From contig CALIBN010000007.1 in NCBI GenBank assembly GCA_938045545.1, forward strand, positions 32,001 through 96,000: a DNA stretch of 64,000 bases, read 5' to 3'. This stretch comes from an uncultured archaeon (GTDB lineage Archaea; Thermoproteota; EX4484-205; JAAOZP01). Shown in pieces: positions 57,924 to 64,000 of the stretch. Below the pieces are notes generated by a model. The model saw nothing but the letters and a program-made list of their open reading frames with translations, searched no databases and was not told the DNA's origin. Each line of letters starts with the position of its first letter. Position 1 is the stretch's first letter. The position numbers and the translations under genes were made by a program.

Positions 57924-59186
57924 ATGCTAGTTAAGATACCTTTCGGAAAGGGCTTTGAAGAGTGTGAGATTGAGGATTCCAGGATCCATGCTCATCTCGA
58001 GCCATCTTGGCCCACGCCTGGTAACCCTGATTTTTTCATTGAAAACGCTTTATCGAATCCGATAGGGTCTAAAAGCCTTGATGAGCTTGCCGAGAGTGCG
58101 GGCAGGATACTAATTATTACTAGTGATAACACTAGGCCCGTCCCGAGTAAAACTACTCTTCCAAGGCTTATCTCAAAAATGAAGAAGGCGTCGCCACAGG
58201 CTTCTATACGGCTGCTAGTGGCTACCGGGCTACACGAATGGTCTCCCAGTGGAAGCGAGTTGAAAGAGAAGTTCGGTCAGGCGCTGGACTATTTAGATGA
58301 GTTTGTTATTCACTCGGCTAAAAACGTTGGTTCGCTGGTTAACCTCGGCTCGTTGTCAACCGGCAACAGGCTTTACGTAAACACTCTTTTAAAAGAGGCC
58401 GACCTAGTGGTTTCTGAGGGATATATTGAGGGCCACTTCTTCGCAGGCTTCACCGGGGGGCCGAAGAGTGTTCTCCCCGGCGTTTCAGGGGTTGAGACCA
58501 TAATGAACAATCACTCTCCGAGAAACATTGATCATCCGAACGCCAGGTGCGGTGTTGCTGAGGGAAACCCTATATACGAGGAGATGCTGGAGGCAGCAAA
58601 CATGGCAAGACTCCGCTTCATTCTGAACGTCGTGTTAGACGGTAGGAAGCGGATGCTTTCAGCCTTCGCAGGAGACCCGATTGAAGCGCATAGAAGTGGC
58701 CGTGTCTTCACTTTAAAATACTGCGGTGTGAAGCCAGTCCCAGGGGATATAGTAATAACTTCAAACGGCGGTTATCCTCTAGACCGAAACCTCTACCAGC
58801 TTGTTAAAGGTATTTCAAACGGTGCCCTGACGGCTAGGGAGGACGGTGTAATCGTGGCGTGCGGCGAATGCGTAGACGGGGTTGGGCACCAAGGGTTCTA
58901 CGAGATGCTTGCCTCCTCAAGCAGCCCAGGCGAGTTTCTAAGGAGACTTAGGTCTGGAGAAATATGGAGGGAGGCGCAATGGGAGGCCCAGGTTTTGGCG
59001 AGAGTCTTAGAGAAGTTTCGCGTGATAGTTGTCTCAAGAGGCGTGGATTCGAAAACAGTTGAATCCATGCATATGATGCATGCGAAAAGCCTGAAGGAGG
59101 GTTTGGAAATCGCTCTTAGCCTCAAGCCTCTGGGGAGGATAACTCTTCTCCCCGACGGCCCTTCCACAATACCTCTTCCACAATAA
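57924..59186 (+). CDS. larA: Nickel-pincer-dependent lactate racemase family protein
   Basis: D.TRP.P, ATGLH, HFFAGF.GG.KS..PG, NHS, GGYP.D.N.YQ.VKG, C.DG.G, QW.AQ. Confidence 0.9.
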   Translation: MLVKIPFGKGFEECEIEDSRIHAHLEPSWPTPGNPDFFIENALSNPIGSKSLDELAESAGRILIITSDNTRPVPSKTTLPRLISKMKKASPQASIRLLVATGLHEWSPSGSELKEKFGQALDYLDEFVIHSAKNVGSLVNLGSLSTGNRLYVNTLLKEADLVVSEGYIEGHFFAGFTGGPKSVLPGVSGVETIMNNHSPRNIDHPNARCGVAEGNPIYEEMLEAANMARLRFILNVVLDGRKRMLSAFAGDPIEAHRSGRVFTLKYCGVKPVPGDIVITSNGGYPLDRNLYQLVKGISNGALTAREDGVIVACGECVDGVGHQGFYEMLASSSSPGEFLRRLRSGEIWREAQWEAQVLARVLEKFRVIVVSRGVDSKTVESMHMMHAKSLKEGLEIALSLKPLGRITLLPDGPSTIPLPQ

Positions 59187-59227
59187 GCGGTTAGCAGCAT
59201 ACTGTCTATGCGGATTATCTGCCTACA

Positions 59228-59851
59228 TTACCATCTGGTGAATTCAACCGTCTTATCTCTCTTAGGCGGGATGCCGGATGTGTGCACAAGATACCGGATC
59301 TGTGAGGAAGCCTCGATCATACAGGTGACGTGGTAAGCCTCTTCCAGGAGCTTAGCCGCGGCGAATGTTCCGTGACCCCTCACCACAACCCCCTTATAGT
59401 GTTTAAGCGCCTCCGAAACCTTTTCCTCAAGCTCCTTGGAGCCGCTCACTTCTTTAACAACAAGCACAGGTACTTTTCTAAGCACGTAGTCTCCCTCGGC
59501 ATCCATCGGAATTATCTCGTCGAAAATCAGTGAGCAGACTATCGAGTAGGGTGGGTGAGCATGTACAACGGCCAGTGCTGAAGTATTAAGATATATGGCC
59601 CTGTGAACCATGGTTTCAGAAGAGCTTAATAGTATGGAACTATCCTCCTCGAAAAGGTCTACTTCAACAATGTCCTCAGGCCCTATCTCGTCGGCAGCCG
59701 CACCCCTCCTTTTAATATACATCTTATCGCCAACCCTAACGCTTATGTTTCCGCTATGGCTAACCATGTAGCCTTTGTCGAAAAGCTTCTTGCCATACTT
59801 GCTTATCTCCTTCCAAACCTCGCTTACACCACTAATGTTCAATTCTCTCAA
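59228..59851 (-). CDS. Class II aldolase (fuculose/rhamnulose-1-phosphate aldolase family)
   Basis: GNIS.R, SSE...H..IY, VHAHP, .GHG. Confidence 0.88.
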   Translation of the reverse strand: MRELNISGVSEVWKEISKYGKKLFDKGYMVSHSGNISVRVGDKMYIKRRGAAADEIGPEDIVEVDLFEEDSSILLSSSETMVHRAIYLNTSALAVVHAHPPYSIVCSLIFDEIIPMDAEGDYVLRKVPVLVVKEVSGSKELEEKVSEALKHYKGVVVRGHGTFAAAKLLEEAYHVTCMIEASSQIRYLVHTSGIPPKRDKTVEFTRW

Positions 59852-59948
59852 TTTTCCTTCTCATTAAAAGTAATATTTAAAGACTCTGGGCGTTATTACG
59901 CAACTCTTTCCCCATCTTGTTTGCAATAATCTGCCTGAGCTAGTCTTA

Positions 59949-60195
59949 CTCCTCCTCGATAAAGATGAGGAGTTCGCTATGCTGGGAGACTAGGGTTATC
60001 TGAAATCTTAAAGAGGCTTGATAGGCTTGAAAAACTAGGTTAGGCCGTGGGAGGATCAGAATAAGCTTTGGGAAGAGGTTAGGAGCATAAGGAGCGAGAT
60101 CCGATACATGAGAGCCGAGTTAAGAGCTTCGGAAGAGCTGTTGGAAGGACTTTACAACGGCATTCGTGGAAATCATCCTGGAAGAGAGGGTTACG
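59949..60195 (+). pseudogene. Decayed remnant of an archaeal coiled-coil / PD-(D/E)XK (DUF3782-like) gene
   Basis: Frame-shifted pieces LLDKDEEF / YAGRLGLSEILKRLDRLE / WEDQNKLWEEVRSIRSEIRYMRAE / KSFGRAVGRTL / AFVEIILEERG. Confidence 0.6.
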
Positions 60196-60418
60196 CTAGG
60201 GCGCGCTCCAATAATCTTCAAACAGCACCAACTAAAGGTTTACACTCCCCAACTCCCATGGATTTAAGCATAGCTATTTTTTAATTTTTTAATTCACATA
60301 AAGAATCGTATACGTTGCATTGGAAGCTCATTCATTTTTTTAAAAGAAGCTATCACCTCAGCTTCTGGAAGCAAGCTTGTTGCCCCTGTAAGCATGATTT
60401 CCAGTTTAACCCTTCTGT

Positions 60419-62197
60419 CTAACCATCCAAGTCCAATTTCTCAATTGTTCTCCTAGTTGGGCGCCCCTCATTATCCCATCCTCTTGCCCTATAATACTCG
60501 TTAAGCATTAGGTCGAGCTCAACAACCTGCCCCTTTGTTGGTCCATCAGCCAATGGCTCGCTTAGAAGCCTCTTAGGAAGAGTATCATCCCTCCTGCTAA
60601 ACCCCTCTCTTATGTTGAAAAGCCTCTCGAGGTTCCATATTCTCTCGCCTACGAGCATGAGGTCTTCAGCCGTATACTTTACGCCGGTTGCAGCTGAAAG
60701 CATCCTTGAGTAGTATTCTTCGTCAAGCCCGTATCCTGTGAACCTGCATGCTACGAGCGTATCCATGGCTGCGTAAAGGTTCTGCTGGTATATCACTAGG
60801 CCGGCCTTGTTGACCGTCGAAAACCTGTCTATCCTCTTCGGAACCCCAAGTATTTCCAAGCCTATCATATACGACCTTAGGTGGCAGCCTCCCCTGTTGC
60901 TTGTGGCGTATGCTAGCCCCTGCCCCTTCGCTCCCCGGGGGTCGTAGGCGGGCAGCTCCAAGCCTTTAACATGCATGGCTGCATCTGGATCCCCGTATTT
61001 CTCAGCGAGCCTACGCGAGCCCTCTGCAAGATCGTTTCCGAAGCCCTTCCTGTAAGCGGTTTCCTCAATCAGCTCCATGATTTTATCCCCGTCGCCCCAC
61101 TTTACTTCCTCAGGCGTCAAACCCTTCTCGCTAAGCTCCATCGCGCAGGCTATCGTAACGCCTGTTGAAATAGTGTCCAGCCCAAGGTCGTTGCACAAAT
61201 TGTTTGCCCTCCAAATCGTCTCAAGGTCCCAAAGCAGGCAGCAGGAGCCAAGTGAGAAGACTGTCTCATACTCCGGCCCCTCGCCCTCAGCACTGTCTAG
61301 ACGAGTCCTCCTGCCGCACGAGATCCCGCATCCGAAGCATGCCTTAGGTTTAACAAGCAGCCTCCTGGTTATCTCCTCTCCAGCAATATTCCTTGCCTCA
61401 GGCACGAAAGTTGCCTGGAAGTTTTTAGCCGGCAGCACGCCAAGCTCGTTCATAAGATTTACTAAAACAGCCGTCCCAAACCTGGGTAGGGCTTTACTCG
61501 TAATAGGGTTCTGGCCGAAAACCCTGTTGCATTCTCTGACTACGAAGAGAAAATTCTCCTTGTCGGCGATTTCAACTGTCTTGCTTCCTTTTGCGACGAT
61601 TGCTTTCAGCTTCTTCGAACCCATTACTGCGCCGACCCCGCCTCTCGCAGCAGCCCTGTAGTAGTCGTTCATTATTCCCGCTATTCTCACAAGGTTTTCC
61701 CCCGCAGGGCCTATGCACGCTACCCTGGCTTCCTTCCCGAACTTTTCAGTCAACATGCTCGTGGCTTCAAACACTCTCATACCCCAGTATTTTTCACCGT
61801 CTAGAACCTGAATATCCTTATCATCCATGTATATTATCACCGGGTTTTGAGCTGCTCCCCGGATTACGAGCACATCGATGCCGCATGCTTTGAACCTGGT
61901 TGCGAAAAATCCTCCCGAGTTTGCGTCGAATATCGTGCCTGTCAACGGGGATTTGGTTGACACGGAGAACCTGCCTGAAGTCGGCGCAGCCGTTGCCGTA
62001 AGCGGGCCGACTGCGAAAACCAGCACGTTATTCTTGCTTAAAGGGTCAACTTCAGGGCCAACGTTGTCGTAGACGATTTTAGCTCCTATTCCTCTTCCAC
62101 CGATAAACCTGAGCTTCTCATCCTCATTCCACGTGCGAAAAGTTATCTTTGAACTAGACAGGTCTACCTCGGCGATTGATCCCATCCAGCCTGCCAT
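60419..62197 (-). CDS. aor: Tungsten-type aldehyde:ferredoxin oxidoreductase
   Basis: GGRG.G, KSPLTG, IGPAGE, A.RGG.GAVMGSK.LKA, C..C...C, EYET, G.DTIS.G, KG.E.PAYDPR, RGGCH, YY..RGW...G.P. Confidence 0.93.
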   Translation of the reverse strand: MAGWMGSIAEVDLSSSKITFRTWNEDEKLRFIGGRGIGAKIVYDNVGPEVDPLSKNNVLVFAVGPLTATAAPTSGRFSVSTKSPLTGTIFDANSGGFFATRFKACGIDVLVIRGAAQNPVIIYMDDKDIQVLDGEKYWGMRVFEATSMLTEKFGKEARVACIGPAGENLVRIAGIMNDYYRAAARGGVGAVMGSKKLKAIVAKGSKTVEIADKENFLFVVRECNRVFGQNPITSKALPRFGTAVLVNLMNELGVLPAKNFQATFVPEARNIAGEEITRRLLVKPKACFGCGISCGRRTRLDSAEGEGPEYETVFSLGSCCLLWDLETIWRANNLCNDLGLDTISTGVTIACAMELSEKGLTPEEVKWGDGDKIMELIEETAYRKGFGNDLAEGSRRLAEKYGDPDAAMHVKGLELPAYDPRGAKGQGLAYATSNRGGCHLRSYMIGLEILGVPKRIDRFSTVNKAGLVIYQQNLYAAMDTLVACRFTGYGLDEEYYSRMLSAATGVKYTAEDLMLVGERIWNLERLFNIREGFSRRDDTLPKRLLSEPLADGPTKGQVVELDLMLNEYYRARGWDNEGRPTRRTIEKLDLDG

Positions 62198-62294
62198 GTT
62201 AAGTGTCGGGAAAGATGTCTTGTAAGTATTTATAAGTGTATTGTAGGAATACTCGGTAAAAACATATAAGCATGAGGAGGCTGGAAGAAACGGA

Positions 62295-62537
62295 ATGAAG
62301 ATTCTGGTTAAGTATTTCGCCTCCTACAGGGAGGCTGTGGGAAAATACGAGGAGGAACTGGAGCTTACACCCGGCTCAACCGTTAAGGAGGTTCTCGAAG
62401 AGATAGTTTCGAAGCATCCTGGAGTTGAGGTTGATAAGGAGGCAATAATTGTCTTAAACCAGAAGATAGTTAGGGATAATCCGGAAGTTAAAGATGGCGA
62501 TGTTCTGGCAATTTTCCCGCAGCTGGGTGGCGGGTGA
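62295..62537 (+). CDS. moaD: Second MoaD/ThiS-family ubiquitin-like protein, divergent from aor
   Basis: VKYFA..RE..G, DGD.LAIFP..GGG. Confidence 0.85.
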   Translation: MKILVKYFASYREAVGKYEEELELTPGSTVKEVLEEIVSKHPGVEVDKEAIIVLNQKIVRDNPEVKDGDVLAIFPQLGGG

Positions 62538-62630
62538 CAGTTAAGCCTGTTGACGGATGTTAGCCGGAATAAGCCTCGTGTTTCTATGGAAAGTAAAGTT
62601 AAAAAGTGACTGAAAAGAGTTAAGTGGGAA

Positions 62631-63416
62631 ATGAAGTTCTCAGTCCAAGAGAATCTTGTTCCCGGTGCTAATTTAGAGGAGAAGCTTAGGAAGCTTGAAA
62701 ACTATGGTTATGACGGTATTGAGCTTTGGGGGAGACAGGAGCTCGGCGGGGTTCTAAAGAATGTTTTGGATGCGTTATCCACCACTAGCGTTAAGGTGAG
62801 CACTATTTGTTCAGGATACTCGGGAAGCCTGCTTTCTCCAAGAAGAGAAGACAGGGAGGCGGCATTAAAAGGGATAAAGGAGAGGCTCGAGTGGGCTAAT
62901 AGGCTTGGTGCGGTAGGGGTTATAACGGTACCGGTCTTTGGGGAGGCAACTGTTCCAGACCTTTCTCCTCTTTTCAAAGACAAGTTTGAACTGGAGTGGA
63001 AGCTGGCTGTAGAAGAATACAGGATTCTTGGGAGGCATGCGAGGGATGTTGGAAGCATAGTGATTGTGGAGCCGCTTAACAGGTATGAGACTCACTTCCT
63101 CAAGACGCTTTCTCAAGCCGCCTCGCTCTGTGAAGAAGTCGGCTTAGACGAGGTGAGAATAATGGCTGACTATTTCCACATGAGTATTGAGGAGGTTGAC
63201 ATCGGGTCAAGCCTGAGGAAACATCTTGAAAAGATTGTTCACGTGCACCTTGCTGACAGCAACAGGTTGACGCCAGGAAGAGGACATACTGATTTCAGTT
63301 CTTTGAGGATTCTGAGAGAAGGAGGCTATAAGCATTATCTTACCTTGGAGTGCGGCGTACCCGGCGAGCCTGATGAGGAGTTGAGAAGAACGCTAAGCTT
63401 CCTTAAATCATTCTGA
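62631..63416 (+). CDS. Sugar phosphate isomerase/epimerase (xylose-isomerase-like TIM barrel)
   Basis: GYDGIEL, EPLNRYET, D.FHM.IEE, HVHLADSNR..PG.GH.DF, LEC. Confidence 0.9.
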   Translation: MKFSVQENLVPGANLEEKLRKLENYGYDGIELWGRQELGGVLKNVLDALSTTSVKVSTICSGYSGSLLSPRREDREAALKGIKERLEWANRLGAVGVITVPVFGEATVPDLSPLFKDKFELEWKLAVEEYRILGRHARDVGSIVIVEPLNRYETHFLKTLSQAASLCEEVGLDEVRIMADYFHMSIEEVDIGSSLRKHLEKIVHVHLADSNRLTPGRGHTDFSSLRILREGGYKHYLTLECGVPGEPDEELRRTLSFLKSF

Positions 63417-63449
63417 TAAAGTAATCCGGGTTAAGAGGTAAGACAAGAG

Positions 63450-64000
63450 TTGAAGCCTGTTGATCGCGTGCTCACTACGCTTAATCATGAGGAGCCCGAC
63501 ATGGTTCCCTGCCTCTGGGCTGTTGCAGACGGCCTCAAACAGCTTCAAGAAGCTTTCAGGGCCAGAGAAATGCCCCAGGATCTTGTGGGCGTAGGAAGCA
63601 TTCCGGAGACAAGGGTTTTAGAGCAGGGTTCTGAACACAGGCTTTTAGAATCCGTTTTCGGAGACGTGCATCGCGTCTCTTACAAAGTGTATTATGGTTA
63701 CAGGGAGTTAGTTAAGCCAGCCGTCTCAAAGCCGGAGGATCTTAATAGGCTTGAAGAACTACGGTTCGAATTATCTAGAGAAAATGTTAAGAGGATCAGG
63801 GTGAATGTTGAGAAAAACAGTGATCGCTTCACCTTCATAAGTCACGAGAGCCCTTTCGGCTTAGCAGCATACTCCTTAAGGGGTTTCAAACAGTTTCTAA
63901 CAGACATAGTTGTTAACCCGGGTTTCGCCAAAAAGATTCTCAGTTTCGGAGTTAAGGTGCTTATGGAAATGTCAAGGCAAATAATAGAGGAAACAGGTGT
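63450..64000 (+). CDS. Partial URO-D/MtaA-family protein (runs off the right edge)
   Basis: Manual translation from TTG at 63450: MKPVDRVLTTLNHEEPDMVP...SPFGLAAYSLRGFKQFLTDIVVNP..., open to the window end. Confidence 0.75.
   Translation, partial: MKPVDRVLTTLNHEEPDMVPCLWAVADGLKQLQEAFRAREMPQDLVGVGSIPETRVLEQGSEHRLLESVFGDVHRVSYKVYYGYRELVKPAVSKPEDLNRLEELRFELSRENVKRIRVNVEKNSDRFTFISHESPFGLAAYSLRGFKQFLTDIVVNPGFAKKILSFGVKVLMEMSRQIIEETG

Noticed and set aside
1-64000. CRISPR arrays, rRNA/tRNA genes, IS elements, integrases, and the many short antisense or overlapping ORFs in the track
   Set aside because: By eye I saw no regularly spaced repeats, structured-RNA signatures or transposase motifs (tRNAscan and Infernal not run). 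The short ORFs are shadows of well-supported genes.

Overview
Gene-dense archaeal chromosomal segment. TATA boxes lie about 25 bp upstream of many starts, the GMP synthase is split, and a tungsten-type AOR is present. Gene content suggests an anaerobic, probably thermophilic, sugar-fermenting Thermoproteota-type archaeon such as Brockarchaeota or Bathyarchaeia (inference only). About 50 CDS: cytoplasmic glycosidases (GH106, GH2, GH4, an Asp-box sialidase-like protein), an amino-sugar operon (chbG-like, MFS, AAC(3)-like, nagA), an etfB-etfA-FAD oxidoreductase (LctBCD-like) operon, Moco genes (moaABCDE), larA, a class II aldolase, aor, three ABC-2 exporters, a MacB-type exporter with rhomboid under PadR, and four URO-D/MtaA-family paralogs (two decayed, one running off the window). 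I found no rRNA, tRNA, CRISPR array or transposase. Two candidates stand out. (1) A three-gene membrane system at 31504-40073: two divergent OPT-like permeases flank a 1505-aa fusion of a PA domain, an apparently inactive nicastrin/nicalin-like M28 domain and a FtsX/MacB-type permease, with no adjacent ATPase. (2) A possible deoxyhexose to lactaldehyde to lactate to pyruvate route built from aldolase, W-AOR, LarA and a confurcating LDH-Etf. All family calls come from motif recognition by eye; no searches were run.
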